Notes under the pieces: generated by a model
The model's input: the letters and a program-made list of their open reading frames with translations, nothing else
Databases searched by the model: none
What the model was told of the DNA's origin: nothing
Program-made: the position numbers and the translations under genes
NCBI RefSeq assembly: GCF_036971445.1
Contig: NC_091472.1
Location: 208,010,001-208,074,000, forward strand
Reading direction: 5' to 3'
Source: Narcine bancroftii
Taxonomy: Eukaryota
DNA: 64,000 nucleotides
Shown: in pieces, positions 39,346 to 51,684 of the stretch
How positions within the stretch are numbered: the stretch's first letter is position 1
Layout of the letters: each line of letters opens with the position of its first letter

Positions 39346-42300
39346 GGGGGTCACGGTTCTCAGTCAATACACACCGTGGGGCTGCACGGAGAACCATTAG
39401 TAAATTTATGTATAGGACCCCACAGTGACAACATGATACTTTTAGTTGATTCTAGGGCAGCCCGATCTAGTATTCTACAGCAAGAATAGAAGGGACAGTG
39501 ATAGTTTCAGAGGTGGGAGGAAGCGACTTTACAGTCCCTGTATTAAGAGAGGTCAGAATCCAAATGGGAGATAAGGTAATAGTAGAGGATCTTCTACTAC
39601 TTCCCCAAGCTGGAGTATGCTTGTTAGGATGAGACTTACAGGACCAATTGGCTATCGGTATCAGACCACTGGAATCAGGCATCGGGGTTCAATTATATGT
39701 TTTAAGCGAGGAAGATCGAGAACATAAATCTGAGAGTATGGGCAGAAAAAGGCAATAGAGGAGTGCTAGACATTCCTCCCCTACAAGTAACTTTAAAAGA
39801 CTCTCAACAAATAATTAGACGAAAACAGTACCCAATTCCTATGGCTGGCCGAAAAGGTCTGCAGCCCGTAATTGACCAGTTGCTTGAGGATGGTATACTC
39901 GAACCTTGTATGTCACCCTTTAATACCCCAATTTTACCTGTCCAGAAATCAGACAGTACCTATCGATTAGTACAGGACTTAAGGGAGCTGAACAAAATCA
40001 TTCTCACCCGTCACCCTGTTGTACCTAATCCCTATACGATTATGAGTAAAATCGATCCCCATAATGAATGGTTTCGTGTCATTGATCTCAAAGATGCATT
40101 CTGGACCTGTCCATTGGCAACAGAGAGCAGAGACATGTTTGCCTTTGAATGGGAAAACCCCTTTACTGGACATAAAAATCAATACCGGTGGACTGTGCTT
40201 CCTCAGGGCTTTACAGAATCACCAAATTTATTCGGTCAGGTCTTAGAACAGATACTAGATGAGGCTCCTCGGAGAGAAAATTGTCAGCTAATACAATACG
40301 TTGATGACTTGTTAATTACTGGAAGAATGTACGAATTAGCTAAAGAACTTACTGCTGCACTTTTAAATTTTTTAGAGAAAAAAGGTCTTAGAGTCAGCAA
40401 ATCCAAACTACAATTTGTACAATCGGAAGTTAAATACTTAGGACATCTAGGGAACCAGGAAAATTAGTCCAGAGAGAATAACTGGTATTCTGCAGATTCC
40501 CCCTCCCAAAAATGCCAAGGTACTTAGGAAATTCCTTGGGTTAGTGGGATTCTGTAGAATCTGGATGGAAAATTATTCTAGCCTGGTCAAATTTCTTTAT
40601 GATAAACTCACGATAATAGGGACCGAAGCTCTTGTCTGGACAGACGAAGAGATTAAAGATTTTAACTTCGTTAAACATAGCCTTACGCGTGCCCCAGTCT
40701 TGGCACTACCCGACTTAAATAAGCCTTTTGACTTATATACTAATGCAAAAGAAGGTGTAGCCACCGGAGTACTAACCCAAGACAGGGCAGGCTATAGACA
40801 ACCAGTGGCTTTCCTATCAAAGGTTTTAGACCCCGTTTGTCGTGGCTGGCCAGAATGTGTACAAGCCATTGCAGCCACTGCTATTCTAGTTGAGGAAGGA
40901 TGAAAAATTACGTTTGGTGCCCCAATGATAGTTCACACCCCTCACACAGTCCGCAATATTCTCTTACAGCGTGCCGGAAGGTGGCTCACAGACTCTAGAA
41001 TTTTAAAATATGAAACGATCCTAATGGATAGGGATGATTTGACCTTGCTTACAACTAAAACCCTCAACCCAGCAGCCTTCCTCGTCGCTCCAAATTCGGA
41101 TAATTCCACAAATGAATTAGAACATGGGTGTTTAGAAGTTATAGATCTACAAACCAAAATTAGAGAAGATTTAACTGATGTCCCTTTAAAGGAAGGTGAA
41201 AGATGGTTTATTGACGGCTCTTCACGTTGCATTGCAGGAACTTGCTATAGTGGGTATAGTGTAGTGGATGGGAAGCAAGGACTGGTGATTGAAGCAAGGA
41301 CTGGTGATTGAAGTCAGTGCAATCCTGTGAATTATATGCCCTCTGTAGAGCACTCCATGGTTTAGAGAGCAAGATAGGCACTATCTACACTGACTCTAAG
41401 TACGCTTTTGGTGTAGTCCACACCTTTGGGAAGATCTGGAATGAACGAGGAATGATAACTGGTAAAGGACAGAAGTTAGCCCATGAACACTTAATTGTCC
41501 AATCCCTAGATGCTCTGACGCTCCCTACCGAAATAGCCGTAGTACATGTGTGAGGACATCAAAGTGGTGACAGTCCTGAAGCTCAGGGCAACAGACAGGC
41601 TGATGCAGCTGCCAAACAGGCTGCACTCGCAGAGATTTAAAAAAAAACTCCCATCTTTTCACGGGAAGAGGAGGTCTCAATGAAAGATCAGGGATTTCGC
41701 CAAACTGCCGACGGGTTGTGGTGGACGGCAGACGGACGTCAAGTCCTTAACAAAGCATTAGCTCGCCAAGTGGTAGATCAGCTACATCAGCAGACACATT
41801 GGGGAACCCAGGCGCTTGTCGAAACCTTTGAACGATCCCTACACTGCTCCGGCATATATACAATAGCTAAACTCACAACTCGCTGTTGTCCGATCTGTCA
41901 GAAAATCAATAAGAAATCTATGCGCCATGCAATGCCTGGCGGTCGCGACATAGCCGTTCGCCCATTTCAACGCATACAAGTTGACTTTACAGAACTTCCT
42001 AAAATTGGTATTTACAAATACCTTCTGGTGATGGTAGATCATTTCACACGATGGGTTGAAGCTTTCCCCACCCCGAATGATCACGCCAGCACTGTGATCA
42101 GAATACTTATTGAATCTGTGATTCCAAGATATGGTATGATTCAAACCATTGATTCAGACCGAGGTACACATTTTACCTCTCAGGTTCTCCAGGGTGTCTG
42201 CAAGAAACTGGGAATAGACTGGCAACTACATACCCCATGGCACCCCCAAAGTTCAGGTCGAGTTGAACGAATGAATCAAACTTTGAAAAATCAGCTCACT

Positions 42301-42790
42301 CGACTTCATGAAGAGACTGGCCTCTCCTGGATTAAATCTTTACCATTAGCCCTGCTTAGAACTCGCACAGCCCCTTGTAAAGACCTTGCAGTCTCACCAT
42401 ACAAAATGATGTTTGGACTTCCATTTATGGGATTCCACACTGATATCCCTATCCCTGAGGCTAATGACCAATACATTTCAAAATTTCTACAGGGTCTTTC
42501 TACTTCTATCCACAACTTGAAACAGAAGGGATTATTAGCCCAAACTCTGCTCCTGGAGTTTCGTATTCATTCTATTAAGCCTGGTGATTGGGTTTATGTC
42601 AAAGCATGGCAAGATAACCAACTGAAACCTGCCTGGGATGGTCCCTACTGTGTACTTTTGATTTCAGACACTGCCGTGCGAATGAGAGAAAAAGGCTGGA
42701 CCCACATCCAACGAATCAAACCAGCTACCAAACCACAGGATCACGACAGTCAGACTCAACCCTCCACCTGTGACAAAGACACACTGAATG
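39346..42790 (+). pseudogene. pol: ERV pro-pol (protease, RT, RNase H, integrase), disrupted
   Basis: LVDSRA protease site, LPQGF/YVDD, FIDGSS, YTDSKYAFG, HHCC and QVDF..DSDRGTHF..VERMN. Confidence 0.93.
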
Positions 42791-43220
42791 TTAGTAACCA
42801 ATGTACATGTCACAGAGAGAGAGAGAATACATTAGCAAATGTATTCATTTTACCTCTCAAAGTTGGGTGCTTCCCCTTACCCTGGGAATACACACATACA
42901 CTGGGGCTCACCCAACTTTTATACAGTGAATTTCAGTGTATTCATTTGCTAATGTACACAAACAGGCTTCAACTAACAACTTCAATTATACTCATACCGT
43001 AACACACATCTCTAACCATAATACACAACCCTCCCCAGACTGGTCTTTTCTCAAACATCCTTTGAGTTCCTCCGGCATTCAGAATCCTTACCACCACATC
43101 GTTAAGGGGAGTTCCAGTTATAAACGACAAGAGCTGCTACAGATCGCTAAAGCTGCTTGCCATCTGAAACATCTAATCAGACTCCATGCAGCCTTGGGCA
43201 TAATCATCAAATAGAACACA

Positions 43221-43718
43221 ATGGCCCTGAGGTTACGGGCCGAAGATAAACAACGTTTACCAGCCACACTTCAACAAGACTGCCTGGCTCTCAATTACAG
43301 CTTCGCTGCTAAAGGCAGCGCTTGTGAAAGAATCCTTAAAGACACTACCTACAACGGTCAGGCGGTTAAGAACACTTCTTCAGGACTTCGAAAAACTTTC
43401 CATGCCCAGGTACAGACTTTGCAACCTTGGTCCTCTGTGGGATGGACTGGACTTTTAACCGGTTACTGGAGTCTGATACTCGCAACCCTTATAGCAGCTG
43501 GACTCGTTATTCTCACCATCTTACTGCTCCCCTACCTACAGACTTGTGCACATCGTTTAAATCATCAACCCTTTCGTCAGAAAACTTTCACCCAAAGGAT
43601 GTACGGTCCCCAACATCTCTCTGAGGACACAGAGACTGCTATCCGTTTATTGACCAGCTGGGAAAACCACCAAGTTCCACTTTACCAAATCAGTAATACT
43701 GATCTAAAAGAAAAGTGA
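43221..43718 (+). pseudogene. env: env TM-like remnant
   Basis: LQQDCLALNYSFAAKGSAC resembles the immunosuppressive domain and is followed by a hydrophobic anchor; located just before the PPT. Confidence 0.65.
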
Positions 43719-44301
43719 GGATTGTGAGAGATCAGTAACACTGAGACCAGTAACCCTGAGATCAGTAACACTGATCATTGTGAGAGATCTGACTTGCATG
43801 TTTTAGCCTTTAATTGTCTATTGGCTCAGCGGGCAGTGTTGCTCCAATGGAAGAACATTGTTCCATCTACTCATGCTCAATAGCTACGCAACGTTATGTC
43901 ACATTTAAATACAGAGAAGATTAGATACTCTATTTCCAATTTGAATTGAAATTTTCAAACACTCTGGGCACCTTTTTTGAATTACTTTCATTCAAAATTT
44001 TTGATTTGGTATTAATGCAGAGGTGTTGACTAATAAGGTCATTTATTTATTACTCTCTTTGCCAAACAGCTTCATTTTTGGTAGTGGACTGAGATTTTCT
44101 TTTTATAATAAAATACTATGATAAAATAATTTGTTTGAGTATGCGGGTACTTTGGATGGAATGCTATGATCGAAGTGTAACATATTTTATTTTACTTTTA
44201 GTATGTATTCTTATGTACTCTGTGTTTTTCAATGTGGATTTTCAATTTCAATAGATACATAGAAAAATAAAGAACAGAGAGTGGCCAGTGTCAGGAATGT
44301 G

Positions 44302-47300
44302 ACATCATGGATCTTGACTTGAATTCTCTGCTCTCTCCAAAAAAGGTTTAAAAACGAGTTATGAAGACTGAACTAACTGCAAGAAAAGAGAAAAGGAAGC
44401 TATTGGAAGACCTTCAGATCAATAAACAATGCTTCCTAAGAAAGATAAACTGACCGTTACTTTTCAAGAGCTTGAACAAGCTGATAAAGAAGAGAGGCCT
44501 ACCTCAAAGAAGGATCCTGTAGCTCTCCGGAAGGCAAGTGCCCGTGGTGATAGACCTGGAGCTGGGGAGACCTTGGACATTGTTGTTGAAGGTCTCCTCC
44601 AACAATGGCCGACTGCCAAGGGTGAAGAAGTGATATTGCACATGCGTGAGGAGTCACACATGCACAGAGAAGAAAAAAAAGAGGCAATTTTAAAAATAGC
44701 TCAAGAAGTTTCCAGCTCCAGAGATCAAGATGAGGAGTAGAAAGAAGAAGAAATGCATGTTGAACACAGAGTTTTGGCCAAAAAACAGGAGAAAATAAAG
44801 GAGTCTTACATATCTACATCTGAAATGAAGAAGTATTTGGATTCTTTCCAGCAAGCTTTGTTACAGTTAACAATGGAAGATAAAAAATGTAATGAGGGTA
44901 TAATTGAAAATAAGGGTTCTACAAAGAAGGTGGAGAGAATGTCATTTCAAATGGAACAAAAATTTGAAGTCTTGGACCCAAAAATTAAAGGTAATAAATT
45001 TGAAATTCAACATGTTAAAGAGCAAATGAAGAAAGTTCAAGCTGAGGTGGCTGCAACTAATGAACAATTAACTAAAAAAAATGACATGTTAGAAAATTTT
45101 AGTAATTAAAATAATATAAAAAATGTGGGACTTGAGGAAGGCGACGATGGACAAGATACGAAGAGATTTTTACGATTCGGCAAAGAAAGGTTACACTTTT
45201 GTTTTAAGGTATTTTTTTTCTTTGGCTTGGCTTCGCGGACGAAGATTTATGGAGGGGGTAAAAGTCCACGTCAGCTGCAGGCTCGTTTGTGGCTGACAAG
45301 TCCGATGCGGGACAGGCAGACACGGTTGCAGCGGCTGCAGGGAAAAATTGGTTGGTTGGGGTTGGGTGTTGGGTTTTTCCTCCTTTGCCTTTTGTCAGTG
45401 AGGTGGGCTCTGCGGTCTTCTTCAAAGGAGGTTGCTGCCCGCCAAACTGTGAGGCGCCAAGATGCACGGTTTGAGGCGATATCAGCCCACTGGTGGTGGT
45501 CAATGTGGCAGGCACCAAGAGATTTCTTTAGGCAGTCCTTGTACCTTTTCTTTGGTGCACCTCTGTCACGGTGGCCAGTGGAGAGCTCGCCATATAACAC
45601 GATCTTGGGAAGGCGATGGTCCTCCATTCTGGAGACATGACCCATCCAGCGCAGCTGGATCTTCAGCAGCGTGGACTCGATGCTGTCGACCTCTGCCATC
45701 TCGAGTACTTCGACGTTAGGGATGAAAGCGCTCCAATGGATGTTGAGGATGGAGCGGAGACAACGCTGGTGGAAGCGTTCTAGGAGCCGTAGGTGATCCC
45801 GGTAGAGGACCCATGATTCAGAGCCGAACAGGAGTGTGGGTATGACAACGGCTCTGTATACGCTTATCTTTGTGAGGTTTTTCAGTTGGTTGTTTTTCCA
45901 GACTCTTTTGTGTAGTCTTCCAAAAGCACTATTTGCCTTGGCGAGTCTGTTGTCTATCTCATTGTCGATCCTTGCATCTGATGAAATGGTGCAGCCGAGA
46001 TAGGTAAACTGGTTGACCGTTTTGAGTTTTGTGTGCCCGATGGAGATGTGGGGGGGCTGGTAGTCATGGTGGGGAGCTGGCTGATGGAGGACCTCAGTTT
46101 TCTTCCGGCTGACTTCCAGGCCAAACATTTTGGCAGTTTCCGCAAAGCAGGACGTCAAGCGCTGAAGAGCTGGCTCTGAATGGGCAACTAAAGCGGCATC
46201 GTCTGCAAAGAGTAGTTCACGGACAAGTTTCTCTTGTGTCTTGGTGTGAGCTTGCAGGCGCCTCAAATTGAAGAGACTGCCATCCGTGCGGTACCGGATG
46301 TAAACAGCGTCTTCATTGTTGGGGTCTTTCATGGCTTGGTTCAGCATCATGCTGAAGAAGATTGAAAAGAGGGTTGGTGCGAGAACTCAGCCTTGCTTCA
46401 CGCCATTGTTAATGGAGAAGGGTTCAGAGAGCTCATTGCTGTATCTGACCCGACCTTGTTGGTTTTCGTGCAGTTGGATAACCATGTTGAGGAACTTTGG
46501 GGGACATCCGATGCGCTCTAGTATTTGCCAAAGCCCTTTCCTGCTCACGGTGTCGAAGGCTTTGGTGAGGTCAACAAAGGTGATGTAGAGTCCTTTGTTT
46601 TGTTCTCTGCACTTTTCTTGGAGCTGTCTGAGGGCAAAGACCATGTCAGTAGTTCCTCTGTTTGCGCGAAAGCCGCACTGTGATTCTGGGAGAATATTCT
46701 CGGCGACACTAGGTATTATTCTATTTAGTAGAATCCTAGCGAAGATTGTTTTAAGGTATAGAGCAGTGTTAAACATATTTGTTCCTGAGGGTAAAAATAG
46801 ATTCTTTGTTTGAAGCGAAAGTGTTTGCAGATACGTTGCCTGAGAAAATGAGACGAGAACTGGGAGATATTTGAAGAGAGAGAGAAAGTGGAAAGATTGC
46901 AGTTGGGGATGTATAATTAAATGATATAAGTTTTAAGAGAAGAGAGAATAGTTTCTACCCGATAAATCTGTGTAAAAAAAAATGAATTGATCATTGTGAG
47001 TAGATTTGAGGCATAAGAGATAGTAAAATTTAGGGGGAGGGAAGTGAGAGTATGAGCCTGGATTCCACGGAATCTCATGGGTGGGTGTGGTTTTCGATGA
47101 CAACTCCAATAGATCAGGGGTATAAAGACACACTGTTAACAACGTACTCCTTTGGGGGGAGGGGCGCTTAGGGTTTTAGTTCTTTTCTCTCTTTAATACA
47201 CCTAATTTTAATCATTGTATTATGAAATACTTAGTATTTTGGATGCAGGAGTGGAGATGGAAAGTTGGATGGTTATTGGATGTTATGAGAGTATAGATGG

Positions 47301-50300
47301 CTGATAAATTGAATTTTATTAGTATTAATATTAATGGGATTGAGAATCAAATAGAGTGGAAAAAACTATTAGTTTATATGAAAAAAATTAAAACAGACAT
47401 AGCTTTTTTTTTACAGGAAACAAATTTGATGGAAAAAGAATATCAAAAATTAGAAAGAGATTGGGTCAGAACAGTAATAGCATCATCCTTTAATTCTAAA
47501 GCTAGAGGTACAGGAATATTCATGAATAAAAATTTACCAGTTAAAATATTGGATATTAATAAAGATGTAGCAGATTTATTCAGAACAATTGACCTTAATG
47601 AATGTATATGCACCAAATGTAGATGATGTCAAATTTATGCAAGATGTCTTTATGAATTTATCAAATGCCAAGGGAAAGGTTATATTGGGAGGGGATTTTA
47701 ATTTTGCTTTAGAACCTAAATTAGATAGATCGAGTGATAGAATGATGAAAAATGTGGTAGCAAAAATGGTAACAGATTTGATGAAAGATATGGATTAAGT
47801 GGATATATGGAGAAAAATCCACCCAAATGAAAGAGATTATTCTTTTTATTCTTTTTTATTTAAAACATATTCACGGATAGATATGTTTTTAATTGCTGCA
47901 CAACTTCAATCTAGAGTACAAAGAGTGGAATATCAAGCGCGGGTTTTATCAGATCATTCACCTTTAATTGTGTCTATTTCATTGGAAGAAGAACAAAAAT
48001 GTTATAGATGGGGGTTAAAGAAAAGGGAATTTTGTGATATTTATGAGGCAATAGATAAAAGTTTTTCTAGATACTAATAAGGATTCAGTTGCGAGTAAGT
48101 TTGTATTATGGGATTCAAAGAAGGCATATTTGAGAGGTCAAATAATAAATTATACTTCAAAAATAAAAAAACATGGAAGTAACTTAATTAGATAAAGAAA
48201 TAATGAAATTGGAGAAAGAAATTCAAGTACATAAAGATGAAGAGAATAGAAAATTGTTAGAGTTGAAGAAATTAAGACTTAATGCTGTGCAGACTTATAG
48301 ATTGGATAGAGATATAATGACAACACAACAAAAATATTACGAATTGGGCGAAAGGGCCTAAAAACTTTTAGCATGGCAATTAAAAATGGAGCGAATTTCT
48401 AGAACAAAGAAATTATCAGGACAGATAACTTAGAAAATGCAGGAAATAAATGATTATTTTAAAGACTTTTGTGCTAAATTTTATTGTTCAGAGACTAAGA
48501 GAGATGATAATAAAATAAGAGATTATTTGAGACAAATTAAATTACCGGTGTTAAAGAAGGATGAAAAGATAAGATTGTCTGAGAATTTTTCAGAAAAAGA
48601 AGTTTATGAAACTTTAATGTCTCTACAGAATAATAAGATGCCATGTGAAGAAGGTTTCCCACCAGAATTTTATAAACAATTTAAGGAGCTATTAATATCT
48701 GTATTGATGGAGGTATTAGGTCAAATGAAAGAGGTTTATGATCTACCTGAATTTTTTAAAACAGTATTAATAAATGTAATTCCAAACAAAAGGGAAAGAT
48801 TGTTTACAGCCTTCTTCATAGATACCTATATCATTATTGAATACAGACTATAAAATTGTATTGAAATTGTTAGCTGATAGGCTAGTTGAATTTTTGCCAA
48901 ATACATTTTGATCAAACTGGTTTTATTAAAATTAGAAAAGCACCAGTTAATAGTTAAATTTTTAAGAAATAGAAATAACAAAATGGAAAGATTCCCGCGG
49001 TAGCAGAGAAAGCATTTGATCAATTGGAATGGGATTTTTTTTTAATTTGAGACATTTAATGCTTTTGGTATTAAAATGAATATTTTCCAAAAATACAATA
49101 TTTGTTACAATCATTGCCCATTCAAGTACCAGAATTTTTCTTTCAAAACTTGAATAAAACTTGAATTTCTTTGGAAAGGTAAGATGTCAAGAATTGATTT
49201 AGAGAAATTAATGTGGAAATTTGATAAGGGTGGACTACGGCCACCAAATTTTAAGAATTATTTTAAAGTAGCTGAATTGAGGTCTTTGTCCTCCTGTAAT
49301 CAACAGGATGAAAAACTAGCTTGGATTCAAATAGAAATGAATAAAATTGGTGAAACTATTCCAGAGTTAATTTTGTATAAATGGAATAGTGAATCGTTTA
49401 CATGAACTAAAGATTTTTCCATATAGAAACATATTTTAAATGCCTGCAATAGAATTCATATTGAGAGAGGAATTAAAAATTATCAATTATCGTAAATGTT
49501 GTTAAAACAAAATCAACTTCTTCCTTTTACTTTGAATAATTCTTTATTTGATAATTGGTATCGTAAAGGTAAATAGAGAATAAAAGATTGTTTCTTAGGA
49601 TCTTTTTTCTTAACTTTTGATCAATTAAAAGAAAAATACAATATACAAATAATACAATTTTTGCATTTTATCAATTAAAATATATTTGAGAAAGAGACTG
49701 GCAGCAGATTTGAGACTCCTTAAACAAAGTCAATTTGAAGATATAACAACAGATACATTTGTTGTTAAGAAATTTATTACTAATATGTGCATAAAATTAC
49801 AAGATACTGTAAAGAAAAAAGATTTATATAACTCAAAAATCCGATGAGAGAAAGATTTAAATATACAAATTCAGGAGGAGATTTGGTGAAAATTATGTTA
49901 TGAAAGTGTTACGAATACAGTAAATGTTAGATATCAAATGGTTCAATATAATTTTCTTCATCAATTGTATTGCCCACATGTTAAATGGACTTGATCCTAA
50001 TTATTCAAAGAAGTGTTTTCGATGTGCAAAAGAAATAGAGACTTTTTTGCATTCAGTGTGGTCTTGTGAAAAAGTGGAAAGGGTTTGAAATGAACTGAGT
50101 TCATTATTAGGGCAAATTATGAAGATAACAATACCAAAGGACCCAAGAGTATTTTTACTTGGAGATATTTATGAAAACCATGTAAAATTGAAATTGGACA
50201 ATTACCAAGAACATTTTTTAAGTATTGCAAAATGTATAGCGATATCATGGAAAGATGATGGAGAAGTGTTATGAAGTAGATGGTATAATGAGATGTGAAA

Positions 50301-50584
50301 TTGTATACCTTTGGAAAACATTACGTATAATTTTAAGAAATCAAGTTGAAAATTCTTATACTATTTGGAAACCATACATGGATTTTATGGATAACTTTCC
50401 GTCCACCTCTTCTATCTATCCACTCCTCTTAATTAGTAATTTTTAATAACAATTAATGATTGTCTATGCTAATATTATTGTATATTAAATGGTAGGTGTT
50501 TCTTTTCTTTCCTTTTCTTATGTTTGGGTGGGAGATTCATTTGTTCCTGTAATGATGCAAACAACTAAATAACATTTAAAAAAA
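44302..50584 (+). mobile_element. Older full-length L1-clade LINE, heavily mutated
   Basis: TSD AGGAATGTG (44293-44301 and 50585-50593); ORF1 remnants, then SININGI, GGDFN, SDHSP and GGL..PNFKNY; empty site at ~19200. Confidence 0.92.
45213..46745 (-). mobile_element. 5'-truncated young RTE LINE nested in L1 ORF1
   Basis: TSD TTGTTTTAAGGTAT (45199-45212 and 46746-46759); RT motifs ESQCGFR, DLTKAFD, GVKQG and LFADD. Confidence 0.96.
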
Positions 50585-51684
50585 AGGAATGTGCCACGGG
50601 GTGGGGTGGAAGTAGATCTGTCAGGAACAGTGAAGAGAAATTTAGACAGACAGATGAAGAGAAGAGGGATGGATTGACAGAGAACATGGCAGGCAGCACA
50701 GGCATCGTGGGCCGAATGGAGTATCCTGTGGCATTGTCTGCACAACAGCTCCAACCTTCATGTGCTGCATGGTCCCACCTTCTCTGAGGTCAGGATCTGC
50801 TACCTGCTTTTTCTCTCATCAGACCCTCAATTATATGTCTCGATATTCAGATTTTCCTGGAATTGGCTGGCAAGCCCACATGACCTCACTGTGTCATTGT
50901 ATCCCTGAAATCCACCTCACTACGACTGCTGGGAACAACTCCTTCCTGTTGCCTGCTCAATTTCTCACAACTCCCTCAACAGTTTGTTCCTAGGAAAACA
51001 AGCCTGATGACCTTGACTCCCTTGCTCTGGCAATCTGGGAATCTTCTCCACTCACTCTCCAGTCTGTCGGACCCAACGCAAGCCTCCAGCTGAATGCTGG
51101 CCACACTTTCACTTATCCTAGTCCCTGCTCTGAAGTCCCATCCTGCCCCAGAAGAAGCCAGGGTTCTGTATATGCCCCAAATTTCCTGATTTGTGAACAG
51201 CAGGCATCATCCCATCGTCAAGTTTAGAATAGGAACGATTCTGGAGAAGTTGAAAAGCGGGGGGAAGGTCGTGCATTCTGAGGGAAAGGAGGTGAGAAAA
51301 GTAATTAATGAAGGTAAGGTAGTGGATGTGATATGTCAGGAATTTAATGAGGCATTTACCAAGGTCCCCAATACTGACTAATTTAGAAGGTCATGATACA
51401 TCCGGTGCAAGGAACCTTGGCTTGGATTCGCAATTGTCTTGACTGCAGAAAACAGATCAATAATAGGTGGATTGTATTCTGCCTGCACGTGAGTGACCAG
51501 TGGTGTTCTGCAGGGATCTGTGCTTGGAATCTTGGTCTTTGTGATTTTTACTGTACCAGTTGAAGAACTGGAATTGTGTGTCAGTAAGTTTGCAGTTGAT
51601 CTGAATGTTGGAGCTGTTGTGCATAGTGTAGACGGTTGCCATAGTATATGGACAAGGTGCAGAGATGGGCAGAGAAGTGGCAGA

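Larger units (their letters stand above)
36660..43790 (+). mobile_element. Defective gamma/epsilon-like endogenous retrovirus (5' LTR 36660-37440, gag-pro-pol, env remnant, truncated 3' LTR)
   Basis: PBS, gag CCHC, RT YVDD, RNase H, integrase, and PPT AAAAGAAAAGTGAGGAT followed by TGTGAGAGAT at 43723. Confidence 0.96.
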
